A stretch of DNA of 54,596 nt, taken from Chitinophagales bacterium (GTDB lineage Bacteria; Bacteroidota; Bacteroidia; Chitinophagales; JADIYW01). Made by a program: the position numbers and the translations under genes. The stretch spans positions 1 through 54,596 of the forward strand of contig JBIKPT010000003.1 of NCBI GenBank assembly GCA_044357355.1, written 5' to 3'. Below the pieces are notes generated by a model that saw only the letters and a list, made by a program, of their open reading frames with translations, did no database searches and had not been told where the DNA came from. Shown one piece after another: positions 36,783 through 47,555 of this stretch (its first letter is position 1; every line of letters starts with the position of its first letter).

Positions 36783-39488
36783 CTAAAAACCAGGTGAGAA
36801 GCTGAGTGTCCAGCGGAATTTTTTAATATCAGGTTGGTCTTTTTGTGTTAGACGCCAGCTGAAATCAACACGCAATAGTTTAAAGATATTTTCGATGCCA
36901 AAGCCAATTTCTGCATAAAAACCATTCAACCCTTTCAGTTCTGTTGGTAAATCCGAAAAAGAAATCTTCTTAGGGTCAAGACTGGAAACTGCCATTTTTG
37001 TAGTGAATACTTCTCGTAATCCTAGTCTTCGCCATACGGGAATTTTATTAAAAAAGAATCCGTCAAAATGATGTTCAATCATCAATGTGAGCTGCTGGTC
37101 AGCAATAAATTCCGTTTCCAGCATATTCGTAAAGCGCTCTTTATTATAAATGAACGATTGATTTCCGGAATGGATATGCAACAACGGATAAGGTGCAGCA
37201 CCAAAAAGTTTTGTGCCTATTAATCTTATGTTGGTATGTCCAATCGGAGAAGGCAAGCGCTCGTCCATAATTAATTCCATCTTATGGAAATTAAAATCAC
37301 TGCCAAGTTTTTTAGCACTAAACACATAGGTAAAATTAAAGCGTGGCAATTTTCCCTTTAAGAAACGTACGCGTTCACTGCCTTGCAAAAACTTCGCACC
37401 AGGTGTGTAAACAATGTTAATTCCTGGCGAGAAAACACGGAAACTCTTAATTGTGTCTTTCGTGTTGAATTCATTTGTTTTTATAAATTCAATTCTGCCA
37501 GGTATGGTTTGATAAATTTTGTAGTTGAAATTAAGAGTTGTCGTAAAATTCGGAACCCATTCCCGCATATAAGAAAGTCGCACATCTTTTAAATACACCA
37601 AATCGGCAATGGCATTTCGTCGCAGTAAAGACATGTAAATAAAATCGTAACTTAGTCCGCCGTTGTTTAAAGTAAAGCGCTGATAATCGTCTTTAAAGGA
37701 TAATGTAATACTGTGTTTTTTTTGTTTTTTGTCCGGCAAATTAACACTCACCGTTGCACCATATTTAAATCGTTTGTCTTTAATGCCATATGCACCGTAT
37801 ACATTCCAGTTTACCCATTTCCCTATGCGCCAGTTGTTTCTTAAGTTGAAACGCAAACGCACGCCTTCCAAATCATTCCAGGTCACTAACTGATAGAGAT
37901 TTCCGTATTCTAGTGTTTTGGTTTTATAATAACCACTGGCAAAAAAACTTCCAATGCCGGACATAGCTTTGTAAAATCTTGTTTTTTTCAAAGAATCCAG
38001 TAAGAAATAAACTTTTCCTTCTTGTGTAGAAAGCGTATCATGACGACGATTTAGCCAAAATGAGTCCGTTTGCTTTCTGTAGTTTTTTAGAAAAACAGTA
38101 TTTTCCTGTGCAAGAATAGTGTCTGCAATAGGCTGGTTAATTTGGATATCGTTTCTGTGTAAATATCTTGAAATACGGACACTTTTTGCTTTTTTGCGTT
38201 TTGTTATAGCGATGTTGGTGCTGCGCGATTCTTCATTTTTGAACCAGCCTTTTCCGTTGTTTGCAAAAGCTTGCTTCAGCGAAAACTCATTCATAAAATT
38301 GATATTGGATCGCTTGTCTATGCCTAATTCTATTTTGGTAATGGCAAAAGAAGCATCGCGAATGGTTGCTTTTCCGTTAAACAGTAAATCGCCTTTCGCT
38401 TTTGGCACAAATGCCAGATTGTATATCCAGACACTATCACGTACAACGATAGTGTCAATTTCAATAAGACTGTCTAAAACAAGCACACTGTCAATCTTTA
38501 CAGTATACACAGGTTGCAGGCTGTCTGTTTGGTAAATGCTGTCTGTTAATACATTCGTGATGGTGCTGTCAACAGGAATTTGTTTTATTAAGCTGGTGTC
38601 ATACACCATATTTTTTGTATAGACGGTTCTGTTTTTATAAATAAACTTGCTGCTGTCAATTGCTTTTAAAGTGTCAACTATTTTTACACTATCAATTAAA
38701 TAATAATTGTATAAGGCTAAAGCACCATCTGCAAACGGCATCACAAAAGCCTTTTCCTGCACCATAGCCTGATTGTCGTAAGCGTCAATTTCATCAAAAG
38801 CAATATCTAGTAAATCAGAAAACTTCAGCTGTTCAATTCCGGAAATTTTGCTGGCTTTTACAACACTTTTATTCTTTTTAGGATCGTTGTTGAAGTAATA
38901 ATCGGTCAGTGTTTCTTTTAAAATCAATGGAATAAACCGCGTGCCTTCAGCAGTACTGTCCTGGTTTTCTAAAATAAAGCGAAATGGTTTAAATATTTTA
39001 CGTTTGGTGATTTTTGAACTGATGTTATATAAGGAAGCAACCGTTTTCTGGTATTCTTCATATTGATAACTGTCGTATGATTTGGGTTTGTTTTCTTCTT
39101 TGTGTTTCACCACATTTCTGAAAATTCGGATAGCAGCCGTATCTTTTGGAATTTTGGTACGTTTGGCCTTTACCGTAAATTCTTCCAGCATGTAATCTTC
39201 CAGTTGTAGCCTGACAATTATAGAATCTTTCTTGAAGAAACGCTTTTTCAGTACTTCATCTTTGTAACCTAAATAGGTAAAAATAACAGAGTCCGTTTTT
39301 GCATTTACAAAAAAATCAAATCTGCCGCTGTCATCTGTGGTGCCGCCAAGACCGGAACTTACCGTATAATTTACGTAAGGAAGCGGTTCTTTGGTTTTAG
39401 CATCTATGACAACACCTTTGAGGTCTATCTGTCCAAAACTAATCAGAGAAACTAAACTAAAAGATATGTATAAGATGAATTTACGCAC
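36783..39488 (-). CDS. Outer-membrane protein with CarboxypepD_reg-like N-terminus and DUF5686 barrel
   Basis: LKGVVIDAKTKEPLPYVN, GTTDDSGRF, FTYLGY, L.E..V; YQYEEY, EHHFDG, EIGFGIENIFKLLRVDF, C-terminal F; TTG 39512 lies in a TAATTTTG box, so GTG 39488 is preferred. Confidence 0.85.
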   Translation of the reverse strand: MRKFILYISFSLVSLISFGQIDLKGVVIDAKTKEPLPYVNYTVSSGLGGTTDDSGRFDFFVNAKTDSVIFTYLGYKDEVLKKRFFKKDSIIVRLQLEDYMLEEFTVKAKRTKIPKDTAAIRIFRNVVKHKEENKPKSYDSYQYEEYQKTVASLYNISSKITKRKIFKPFRFILENQDSTAEGTRFIPLILKETLTDYYFNNDPKKNKSVVKASKISGIEQLKFSDLLDIAFDEIDAYDNQAMVQEKAFVMPFADGALALYNYYLIDSVKIVDTLKAIDSSKFIYKNRTVYTKNMVYDTSLIKQIPVDSTITNVLTDSIYQTDSLQPVYTVKIDSVLVLDSLIEIDTIVVRDSVWIYNLAFVPKAKGDLLFNGKATIRDASFAITKIELGIDKRSNINFMNEFSLKQAFANNGKGWFKNEESRSTNIAITKRKKAKSVRISRYLHRNDIQINQPIADTILAQENTVFLKNYRKQTDSFWLNRRHDTLSTQEGKVYFLLDSLKKTRFYKAMSGIGSFFASGYYKTKTLEYGNLYQLVTWNDLEGVRLRFNLRNNWRIGKWVNWNVYGAYGIKDKRFKYGATVSVNLPDKKQKKHSITLSFKDDYQRFTLNNGGLSYDFIYMSLLRRNAIADLVYLKDVRLSYMREWVPNFTTTLNFNYKIYQTIPGRIEFIKTNEFNTKDTIKSFRVFSPGINIVYTPGAKFLQGSERVRFLKGKLPRFNFTYVFSAKKLGSDFNFHKMELIMDERLPSPIGHTNIRLIGTKLFGAAPYPLLHIHSGNQSFIYNKERFTNMLETEFIADQQLTLMIEHHFDGFFFNKIPVWRRLGLREVFTTKMAVSSLDPKKISFSDLPTELKGLNGFYAEIGFGIENIFKLLRVDFSWRLTQKDQPDIKKFRWTLSFSPGF

Positions 39489-39641
39489 TACAATGATTCT
39501 ATGAACGCACAAAATTAGAGATTAGTTTGCTGCGATATCGTTTATTTAATTAGTTTAAAGTATTCATAACAAATCATTTGCCAAAAATCCGGTGATGGTG
39601 CATTTTTTGATAATATTTCTTAATATTGAAACGTAATTTAT

Positions 39642-40673
39642 ATGCAACTCAATAAAGAAAAAGCGGAGTTTCTGTTAAAAACAATAGATGAATGGCAGTC
39701 GCAGCAACTGCTTTCAGATGAGCAGGCTTTGAAACTAAAGCAAAATATAACCGTTCGAAAGTTCGACTGGAAACAGGTTACGGTGTATGCTTTCATTATT
39801 GCGGTAGCCTGTGCGGTGTTGTCTGTTATTGTGCTGTTGGCAGATAAACCGTTACGTGCGCTCATCGAAAAGTTTACCCAAATCACAGATGTCGGAATCA
39901 GCGGTATTCTGACTGTTTTTACAGGATTGGTTTTCTGGTATACCAAAAGAAGATTCGAGAAACATCCGAATACGCCATTCAGCAATAGCAGTTTTTTATT
40001 GTTTGGTGCTTTTCTGAGTTTGGCCACTATTTCTTATTGGGCCAAAACATTGCAGGTTTTTCAACACAACTATGCTATTGTTTTTCTCTTATCTGCTTTG
40101 GTTTACGCTTTAATGGCAATTTATTTTAAATCGCAGACTATTTGGGTATTGTATATGTTAATGCTGGCACTGGCGTTCGGTACTTTTACCGGAAACAGCG
40201 AAGAATTATACCTTGGAATGAATTTTCCAATGCGGTATATACCATTTAGTATATTACTGTTGTCATTTTTGATCTATATAAAGAAGAGCAAGCGATTGAA
40301 TCCATTCTATAAAATACATTACGTCACAGGCTTGTTGATTTTTTTCGTAGCATTATGGCTGGTGACCATTTTCGGCAATTTTAGCAGTTATGAGCGCTGG
40401 CAGGAAGTGAAACAATTGCAATTTTTGGTTTATGATGGCGCACTGTTTACAGTGGCTGCTGCTGGTATGTATCTTGGATTAAAACGGAATGATTTTGTAT
40501 TAGGCAATATATCTTTAGTGTTTTTCATATTGAACCTGGTGACGCGCTACTTTGAATACTTTTGGGAGCCACTGCACAAGTCTGTTTTCTTTATGATTTT
40601 GGCATTTATCTTCTGGTTTATAGGCAGCCGTGCAGAAAAACTGTGGAATCTGAAGTTTTTAGAGGAGAAATAA
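39642..40673 (+). CDS. DUF2157-type multi-pass membrane protein
   Basis: IDEW....L.S.EQA..L N-terminus, ~9 TM, TRYFEYFW...HKS.FF. Confidence 0.75.
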   Translation: MQLNKEKAEFLLKTIDEWQSQQLLSDEQALKLKQNITVRKFDWKQVTVYAFIIAVACAVLSVIVLLADKPLRALIEKFTQITDVGISGILTVFTGLVFWYTKRRFEKHPNTPFSNSSFLLFGAFLSLATISYWAKTLQVFQHNYAIVFLLSALVYALMAIYFKSQTIWVLYMLMLALAFGTFTGNSEELYLGMNFPMRYIPFSILLLSFLIYIKKSKRLNPFYKIHYVTGLLIFFVALWLVTIFGNFSSYERWQEVKQLQFLVYDGALFTVAAAGMYLGLKRNDFVLGNISLVFFILNLVTRYFEYFWEPLHKSVFFMILAFIFWFIGSRAEKLWNLKFLEEK

Positions 40674-40845
40674 GACCCAAAGACTATTTAACTTTTCACT
40701 GAATGTTTAGTATTGTACTTATAATCAATTAATTAGCTAAATAAATACTCTTTATTCTTTCTAATTGCTATCCTTATTACTACCAAAACACAATCTTAAC
40801 CCGAAATTAATATGCAATAATTTTCCACAATTGAGAATAAATTGC

Positions 40846-40853
40846 TATCTTTG
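40846..40853 (+). promoter_or_regulatory. Upstream (P1) -7 element of the ribosomal operon
   Basis: TATCTTTG followed by CGCCC; no canonical -33 box found. Confidence 0.55.
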
Positions 40854-40963
40854 CGCCCACTTCAGGAGGAACATTCCATATTTAGGAAACATTCTTCTTG
40901 TAGTTACTGCCTTCGCTGGGAAGGTAAGACTACAAAAAAATACAATCTTTCTACAAGATTTTA

Positions 40964-40995
40964 TTTGGTTTTCTTACTTTAAATCCCTACCTTTG
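40964..40995 (+). promoter_or_regulatory. Canonical Bacteroidota promoter (P2) of the rpsL operon
   Basis: -33 TTTG (40964-40967), 20-bp spacer, -7 TACCTTTG (40988-40995). Confidence 0.85.
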
Positions 40996-41031
40996 CAGTC
41001 CGAAATTTTTAAAAAGTAACGAAAGTAACGA

Positions 41032-41445
41032 ATGCCTACAATTCAACAATTAGTAAGAAAAGGAAGACAAGAGCTTCATTATGCTTCAAAATCAAGAGCG
41101 TTAGATGCATGTCCGCAACGTAGAGGTGTATGTACACGTGTGTACACAACAACTCCTAAAAAGCCGAATTCGGCTTTACGTAAAGTAGCGAAAGTACGTC
41201 TGACTAATAAATTTGAAGTAATCGCATACATTCCGGGTGAAGGTCATAATTTACAGGAACACTCTATCGTAATGATTCGTGGTGGTCGTGTGAAAGATTT
41301 ACCAGGTGTGCGTTACCACATTGTACGTGGTGCATTAGATACGGCAGGTGTAAACAACCGTCAGAAAAGCCGTTCTAAATATGGTACTAAAAAAGGTAAA
41401 GCAGGCGCAGCAGCAGCAGCTCCGGCAAAAGGTAAAAAGAAATAA
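41032..41445 (+). CDS. rpsL: 30S ribosomal protein S12
   Basis: [35 protein letters not shown]. Confidence 0.99.
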   Translation: MPTIQQLVRKGRQELHYASKSRALDACPQRRGVCTRVYTTTPKKPNSALRKVAKVRLTNKFEVIAYIPGEGHNLQEHSIVMIRGGRVKDLPGVRYHIVRGALDTAGVNNRQKSRSKYGTKKGKAGAAAAAPAKGKKK

Positions 41446-41473
41446 AAGTTCTAATAAATAGAATAATAAATAA

Positions 41474-41941
41474 ATGAGAAAGCAAAAAGCAAAGAAAAGA
41501 TATTTAGCACCGGATCCGGTTTACGGAGATCCTTTGGTAACTCGTTTTGTAAACAATCTGATGATTGGTGGCAAAAAAAGTACGGCATACACTTCTTTCT
41601 ATGAAGCAATGGAGCGTATCAAAAAATCTACCAATGAAGAAGGTTACGATATCTGGAGAAAAGCAATGGACAACGCAATGCCTGCAGTAGAAGTAAAAAG
41701 CCGAAGAATCGGTGGTGCTACTTTCCAGATTCCAACGCCTATCCGTGAAGACAGAAAATTATTTATGACAATTCGTTGGTTGATTCAGTATACTCGCAAG
41801 AGAAACGGAAAATCAATGGGTGATAAATTAGCGGCAGAATTAATTGCAGCATCAAAAGGAGAAGGTGCCGCAGTAAAAAGAAAAGAAGACACTCATAAAA
41901 TGGCAGAAGCAAATAAAGCATTCTCGCACTTTAAAGTATAA
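41474..41941 (+). CDS. rpsG: 30S ribosomal protein S7
   Basis: PDPVYG, VEVKSRRIGGATFQ, HKMAEANKAFSHF. Confidence 0.99.
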   Translation: MRKQKAKKRYLAPDPVYGDPLVTRFVNNLMIGGKKSTAYTSFYEAMERIKKSTNEEGYDIWRKAMDNAMPAVEVKSRRIGGATFQIPTPIREDRKLFMTIRWLIQYTRKRNGKSMGDKLAAELIAASKGEGAAVKRKEDTHKMAEANKAFSHFKV

Positions 41942-41993
41942 AAAATAATTGTAGAGACACAAAGTAGTGTGTCTAACGAAAGGAAAAAACAAA

Positions 41994-44099
41994 ATGGCAC
42001 GCGATTTAAAATATACAAGAAACATTGGTATTGCAGCTCACATTGATGCAGGTAAAACTACAACAACAGAGCGTATTTTATACTATGCAGGTGTAAACCA
42101 CAAAATTGGTGAGGTGCATGATGGCGCGTCAACAATGGACTGGATGGTACAGGAAGCTGAGCGTGGAATCACCATCACTTCTGCAGCTACAACAGTTGGT
42201 TGGAAATACAGAGGTCAGGATTACCACGTTAATATTATCGACACGCCTGGTCACGTTGACTTTACTGTAGAGGTAAATCGTTCTTTACGTGTATTAGATG
42301 GTTTAGTTTTCTTGTTCTCTGCTGTGGACGGTGTTGAGCCTCAGTCAGAAACTAACTGGCGACTGGCAAACAATTATAATGTAGCTCGTTTGGGCTTCGT
42401 GAATAAAATGGACCGTTCCGGTGCTGATTTCTTAATGGTGGTTGAGCAGGTGAAAAAGATGTTAGGTTCTAACGCTGTTCCTTTGCAATTACCTATCGGT
42501 GCGGAAGATACATTTAAAGGTGTGGTAGATTTAATCAACTTCCGTGGTATCGTTTGGAACGATCACGACAGAGGTATGACATACAATGAAGTAGAGATTC
42601 CTGCTGATATGGTAGAAGAAGCTACTATGTGGAGAGAAAGATTATTAGAAGCTGTTTCTGAATACGATGATAAATTGATGGAGAAATTCTTCGAAGATCC
42701 AACATCCATCACAGAAAGAGAAATATTAGATGCATTACGTGCAGCTTGCTTAGATATGAAAATCGTTCCAATGTTGTGCGGTTCATCTTTCAAAGATAAA
42801 GGTGTCCAAACAATGTTAGACCTGGTAATGGAATTAATGCCATCACCAATGGATAGACCAAATATTATTGGAACACATCCGGATACTGGTGCAGAAATTA
42901 TTCGTAAACCTAGTTATGATGAACCATTTGCAGCTTTAGCATTTAAAATTGCTACAGATCCATATGTTGGTCGTTTAGCATTCACACGCGTGTATTCAGG
43001 TATGTTGGATGCTGGTTCTTATGTTTTGAACACAAGAAGCGGAAACAAAGAACGTATTTCTCGTATTTTCCAGATGCATGCTAATAAACAAAATCCAATT
43101 GATAAATTAGGAGCTGGTGATATTGGCGCAGTAGTAGGATTTAAAGACATCAGAACAGGTGATACATTATGTGCTGAAAGTAATCCAATCGTATTAGAGT
43201 CTATGGTATTTCCTGATCCGGTTATCGGTTTGGCGATTGAGCCTAAAACTCAGAAAGATGCTGATAAATTAGGTATGGCTTTGGGTAAACTGGCTGAAGA
43301 AGATCCAACATTTAAAGTAAAATACGATGAAGATACTGCTCAAACAGTAATCTCAGGTATGGGTGAGTTGCACTTGGAAATTATCGTTGACCGTTTATTA
43401 CGTGAATTCAAAGTAGAGTGTAATCAGGGTGCACCACAGGTAAACTATAAAGAAACAATTACACAAACGATTGATCATAGAGAAAAATACGCTAAACAAT
43501 CAGGTGGTCGTGGTAAGTTCGCTGATATTCAAATTGAAATCGGACCTGGTGATGAAGGTAAAGATGGCTTGACATTCGTTAATGATATCTTTGGTGGTTC
43601 AATTCCTCGTGAGTTCATTCCATCTGTTGAGAAAGGTTTCAAAGAAGCAATGAAATCAGGTGTTTTGGCTGGTTATGAAGTACCAAGTCTGAAAGTTCGT
43701 TTATATGATGGTTCATTCCACCAGGTGGATTCGGATTCATTCTCTTTCGAACAGGCCGCTAAATTTGCATTCCGTGAAGCTTGCAGAAAAGCAAACCCAA
43801 TCTTATTGGAGCCTATCATGAAACTGGAAGTTATCACACCGGAAGAAAATACAGGTGATGTAGTAGGTGACTTAAATCGTCGTCGCGGAATGATGGAAGG
43901 CATGGAAATGAAAAATAATGCAAATGTTATTAAAGCAAAAGTTCCATTGTCAGAGATGTTTGGTTATGTAACCGATTTGAGAACAATAACATCAGGAAGA
44001 GCAACTTCTATCATGGAATTCTCTCACTATGCTCAGGCTCCAAATAACATTACAGAACAAGTAGTATCAAAAGCAAAATCTAAAGTAAAAGCTGATTAA
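41994..44099 (+). CDS. fusA: Elongation factor G
   Basis: [41 protein letters not shown]; start ATG 41994. Confidence 0.99.
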   Translation: MARDLKYTRNIGIAAHIDAGKTTTTERILYYAGVNHKIGEVHDGASTMDWMVQEAERGITITSAATTVGWKYRGQDYHVNIIDTPGHVDFTVEVNRSLRVLDGLVFLFSAVDGVEPQSETNWRLANNYNVARLGFVNKMDRSGADFLMVVEQVKKMLGSNAVPLQLPIGAEDTFKGVVDLINFRGIVWNDHDRGMTYNEVEIPADMVEEATMWRERLLEAVSEYDDKLMEKFFEDPTSITEREILDALRAACLDMKIVPMLCGSSFKDKGVQTMLDLVMELMPSPMDRPNIIGTHPDTGAEIIRKPSYDEPFAALAFKIATDPYVGRLAFTRVYSGMLDAGSYVLNTRSGNKERISRIFQMHANKQNPIDKLGAGDIGAVVGFKDIRTGDTLCAESNPIVLESMVFPDPVIGLAIEPKTQKDADKLGMALGKLAEEDPTFKVKYDEDTAQTVISGMGELHLEIIVDRLLREFKVECNQGAPQVNYKETITQTIDHREKYAKQSGGRGKFADIQIEIGPGDEGKDGLTFVNDIFGGSIPREFIPSVEKGFKEAMKSGVLAGYEVPSLKVRLYDGSFHQVDSDSFSFEQAAKFAFREACRKANPILLEPIMKLEVITPEENTGDVVGDLNRRRGMMEGMEMKNNANVIKAKVPLSEMFGYVTDLRTITSGRATSIMEFSHYAQAPNNITEQVVSKAKSKVKAD

Positions 44100-44114
44100 T
44101 AGATAATATATATC

Positions 44115-44420
44115 ATGGCACAAAAAATTAGAATAAAATTAAAATCATACGACCACAATTTGGTAGACAAGTCTGCTGAAAAAATCGTAAAAACGGTACG
44201 CAGTGCCGGAGCAGTAGTTACTGGTCCTATTCCATTGCCGACCAACAAAAAGATTTTTACAGTATTGAAATCTCCGCACGTAAATAAAGTAGCGCGCGAG
44301 CAATTCAAATTATGTACGTATAAACGATTGTTGGACATCTATAGCGCAACACCTAAAACTGTAGATGCATTAATGAAATTAGAATTACCAAGTGGTGTTG
44401 ATGTAGAAATTAAAGTGTAA
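44115..44420 (+). CDS. rpsJ: 30S ribosomal protein S10
   Basis: [24 protein letters not shown]. Confidence 0.99.
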   Translation: MAQKIRIKLKSYDHNLVDKSAEKIVKTVRSAGAVVTGPIPLPTNKKIFTVLKSPHVNKVAREQFKLCTYKRLLDIYSATPKTVDALMKLELPSGVDVEIKV

Positions 44421-44426
44421 TAAGTC

Positions 44427-45047
44427 ATGGCAGGATTAATAGGAACAAAAATAGGTATGACCAGTATTTTCGGCGAAGGCGGTGCAATAATTCCTTGCAC
44501 GGTTATTCAGGCTGGTCCATGTGTTGTAACACAAAAAAAATCAAAAGATAAAGATGGTTACGATGCAGTACAATTAGGTTACGGTGATAAGAAAGAAAAA
44601 AACACTACAAAACCATTGTTAAAACACTTCGAAAAATCCGGAGCAGCTCCTAAAGCAAAATTAGTAGAGTTTAGCGGAATGGATAATTTGAATGTAGGTG
44701 ATGTGGTAACCTCTGAAATCTTGGCAGAAGGAGAAAAAGTAGCAATTATCGGTACTTCCAAAGGTAAAGGTTTTCAGGGTGTAGTAAAACGACACAACTT
44801 TGGTGGTGTGGGTGGTCAAACACACGGTCAGCATAATCGTTTACGTGCACCGGGTTCATTAGGAGCTTGTTCTACACCAGCTCGTGTTATGAAAGGCATG
44901 AAAATGGGCGGAAGAATGGGAACTGACAGAGTGAAAGAATTGAACATCAAGATTGTAAAATTAATTGCAGAAGAAAATTTAATCATCGTAAAAGGAGCTA
45001 TCCCTGGTCACAATGGTTCTTATGTAATAATCGAGAAGAAAAAATAA
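44427..45047 (+). CDS. rplC: 50S ribosomal protein L3
   Basis: [24 protein letters not shown]. Confidence 0.99.
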   Translation: MAGLIGTKIGMTSIFGEGGAIIPCTVIQAGPCVVTQKKSKDKDGYDAVQLGYGDKKEKNTTKPLLKHFEKSGAAPKAKLVEFSGMDNLNVGDVVTSEILAEGEKVAIIGTSKGKGFQGVVKRHNFGGVGGQTHGQHNRLRAPGSLGACSTPARVMKGMKMGGRMGTDRVKELNIKIVKLIAEENLIIVKGAIPGHNGSYVIIEKKK

Positions 45048-45048
45048 G

Positions 45049-45675
45049 ATGAAAGCAGAAGTATATAATATCAACGGACAAGCCACTGGTCGCAGCATCG
45101 AATTGCCTGAAGCAATTTTCGGCATCGAACCAAATGAGCATGTTATCTACTTAGCTGTTAAACAATATTTAGCAGGAAGAAGAAGCGGTACACATAAAAC
45201 GTTGGAAAAATCTGAATTATCGGGTTCTACCAGAAAGTTGCACAAACAGAAAGGTACCGGTGGATCAAGAAAAGGTAGCATCAAGAATCCATTATTTAAA
45301 GGTGGTGCACGTATTTTCGGACCGCGTCCAAGATCATATGATTTCAAGTTAAACAAAAAAGTAAAATCATTAGCGAAATACTCAGCATTATCAGTAAAAG
45401 CAGCTGGTAGTTCTATTAAAATTGTGGAAGATTTTTCTTTTGATGCTCCAAAAACTAAAGAATACATTAAATTCTTAACTGCATTTGGATTGGAAAATAA
45501 AAAATCATTATTGGTTTTACCGGAATTAAACGACAACGTTTATTTGTCAAGCAGAAATGTACAGGGAGCAGCTATCGCAATAGCAGAAAACCTGAATACA
45601 TATGAGATTATGAACAACAATACGATTTTGATTAGCGAGAAATCAATCGAAGCAATTGCAAATTCACAAAATTAA
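45049..45675 (+). CDS. rplD: 50S ribosomal protein L4
   Basis: GTHKT, QKGTGGSR, GGARIFGPRPR. Confidence 0.99.
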   Translation: MKAEVYNINGQATGRSIELPEAIFGIEPNEHVIYLAVKQYLAGRRSGTHKTLEKSELSGSTRKLHKQKGTGGSRKGSIKNPLFKGGARIFGPRPRSYDFKLNKKVKSLAKYSALSVKAAGSSIKIVEDFSFDAPKTKEYIKFLTAFGLENKKSLLVLPELNDNVYLSSRNVQGAAIAIAENLNTYEIMNNNTILISEKSIEAIANSQN

Positions 45676-45681
45676 TATAGA

Positions 45682-45972
45682 ATGGAAATTCTGAAAAAAC
45701 CTTTAATCACCGAAAAAGCATCTGCACTTTCTGAAAAGTCAGGCAAGTATACTTTTTTAGTAGAAAAGAAGGCAAACAAAGTAGAGATTAAGAAAGCGGT
45801 AGAGAAAATGTACGGCGTTAATGTTGAAGAAGTTAATACTCTTATTATTGCTTCCAAACCTAAAAACCGTAACACTAAAACCAGAGTAATCTCAGGAAGA
45901 AAAAGTAGCTACAAGAAAGCAATCGTAAAAGTAGCTGCAGGCGAAACAATTGATTTCTACAACGAAATTTAA
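45682..45972 (+). CDS. rplW: 50S ribosomal protein L23
   Basis: PLITEK, ANKVEIKKAVE, KKAIV. Confidence 0.99.
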   Translation: MEILKKPLITEKASALSEKSGKYTFLVEKKANKVEIKKAVEKMYGVNVEEVNTLIIASKPKNRNTKTRVISGRKSSYKKAIVKVAAGETIDFYNEI

Positions 45973-45991
45973 TTAAAAAGAAGTTTAAGCA

Positions 45992-46816
45992 ATGTCAACT
46001 AAAAAATACAATCCGATAACGCCCAGTTTGAGATACAGAATCTCTAACTCGTTCGCTGAAATTACGACAAATGTACCTGAAAAGTCTTTGTTAGCACCTA
46101 ACAGACGTTCTGGTGGTCGTAACCAAAAAGGTGAAATGACAATGCGTTACATTGGTGGCGGTCACAAAAAACAATATCGTATTATCGATTTCAAAAGAAA
46201 TAAATTCGATATTCCTGCTACCGTAAAATCTATCGAATACGATCCAAACCGTTCTGCATTTATCGCATTAGTGGTATATAAAGATGGTGAGAAAAAATAT
46301 ATCATCTCTCCGGAAGGTTTGAAAGTTGGTCAGGAAATCGTTTCAGGACAAAACGTACAACCGGAAGTTGGAAATACCTTGCCATTGGCAAACATGCCTT
46401 TAGGTTCTGTAATCCATAACATCGAATTACAACCTGGAAAAGGTGCATCTATCTGCAGAAGCGCTGGAACATTCGCACAGCTTTCTGGTAAAGACGGAAA
46501 ATACGTAAACGTGAAATTGCCTTCAGGCGAAGCAAGACAAATCTTAGGAACTTGTTTGGCAACAATCGGAACAGTTTCAAACTCCGATCACAGTTTGACA
46601 ATCCGCGGAAAAGCAGGTGCTTCCCGTTGGAAAGGAAGAAGACCTCGTACTCGTCCGGTTGTGATGAACCCGGTAGATCACCCGATGGGTGGTGGTGAAG
46701 GTAGAGCTTCAGGTGGTCACCCACGTTCTAGAAAAGGTATTCCTTCAAAAGGTTACAAAACAAGAACAAAAAATAAAGCATCGAATAAATACATCATTTC
46801 AAGAGCTAAAAAATAA
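45992..46816 (+). CDS. rplB: 50S ribosomal protein L2
   Basis: [34 protein letters not shown]. Confidence 0.99.
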   Translation: MSTKKYNPITPSLRYRISNSFAEITTNVPEKSLLAPNRRSGGRNQKGEMTMRYIGGGHKKQYRIIDFKRNKFDIPATVKSIEYDPNRSAFIALVVYKDGEKKYIISPEGLKVGQEIVSGQNVQPEVGNTLPLANMPLGSVIHNIELQPGKGASICRSAGTFAQLSGKDGKYVNVKLPSGEARQILGTCLATIGTVSNSDHSLTIRGKAGASRWKGRRPRTRPVVMNPVDHPMGGGEGRASGGHPRSRKGIPSKGYKTRTKNKASNKYIISRAKK

Positions 46817-46827
46817 TAGACAGTAGA

Positions 46828-47094
46828 ATGGCAAGAAGTTTAAAAAAAGGTCCTTACATAGCATACCATTTACAAGGTAAAGTGGACGCTATGAATGCCG
46901 CGAGTAAAAAAACAGTAATCAAAACATGGTCAAGAGCCTCTATGATTACACCGGAATTTGTAGGACATACATTTGCAGTACATAACGGAAATAAATTTAT
47001 ACCTGTGTACATAACAGAAAATATGGTTGGACATAAACTAGGTGAGTTCTCTCCAACCAGACAATTTAAAGGACATTCAGGTAACAGAAAATAA
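46828..47094 (+). CDS. rpsS: 30S ribosomal protein S19
   Basis: [23 protein letters not shown]. Confidence 0.99.
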   Translation: MARSLKKGPYIAYHLQGKVDAMNAASKKTVIKTWSRASMITPEFVGHTFAVHNGNKFIPVYITENMVGHKLGEFSPTRQFKGHSGNRK

Positions 47095-47102
47095 ACTAAA
47101 CC

Positions 47103-47540
47103 ATGGGCGCAAGAAAAAGATTGGTAGCGGAAGCTAGAAAAGAAGCAAAAAAAACAGTTTGCGATGCGAAAGCAGTTGGTGTTCCAACTTCTCCACGTAA
47201 AATGAGATTGCTGGCTGATGTGATACGCGAAAAAAATGTACTGGACGCATTAAATATTTTAACGTTCTCTACAAAACATGCATCTAAAACATTAGAAAAA
47301 TTAGTTCGTTCTGCAGTAGCAAATTGGGAACAAAAATTTGAAACTAAAGCAGAAGACAGTGAGTTATTTATAAAATCTATCACTATTGACAGCGGTAGAA
47401 TGTTAAAACGATTTCAACCGGCACCGCAAGGAAGAGCATACAGAATTCGTAAACGTTCTAACCATATTACCTTGCAATTAGCAAGCCGTACATTGGCAAA
47501 CGCAGAAACAGTAACTGAAGATTCAACAAACGAAAATTAA
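47103..47540 (+). CDS. rplV: 50S ribosomal protein L22
   Basis: [27 protein letters not shown]; Bacteroidota N-terminal extension. Confidence 0.99.
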   Translation: MGARKRLVAEARKEAKKTVCDAKAVGVPTSPRKMRLLADVIREKNVLDALNILTFSTKHASKTLEKLVRSAVANWEQKFETKAEDSELFIKSITIDSGRMLKRFQPAPQGRAYRIRKRSNHITLQLASRTLANAETVTEDSTNEN

Positions 47541-47555
47541 AATAAAAGATAATTA

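Noticed and set aside
40859-40940. SRP RNA, tRNA or known riboswitch upstream of rpsL
   Set aside because: Lacks the SRP CAGG..GGAA..AGCAG helix, a tRNA T-loop/cloverleaf and any riboswitch core I recognise
40765-41019. 84-aa ORF upstream of rpsL
   Set aside because: TTG start, no motif, and it runs through both promoter boxes; better explained as promoter/leader DNA
41013-41030. AAAGTAACG x2 immediately before the rpsL ATG
   Set aside because: Only two copies of a 9-mer in an A-rich initiation region; no evidence of function
41390-41445. Ala/Lys-rich C-terminal tail of S12
   Set aside because: Common in Chitinophagales and Cytophagales; a taxonomic hint only
44099-44115. No tuf after fusA; str and S10 operons fused
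   Set aside because: Normal gene order in Bacteroidota
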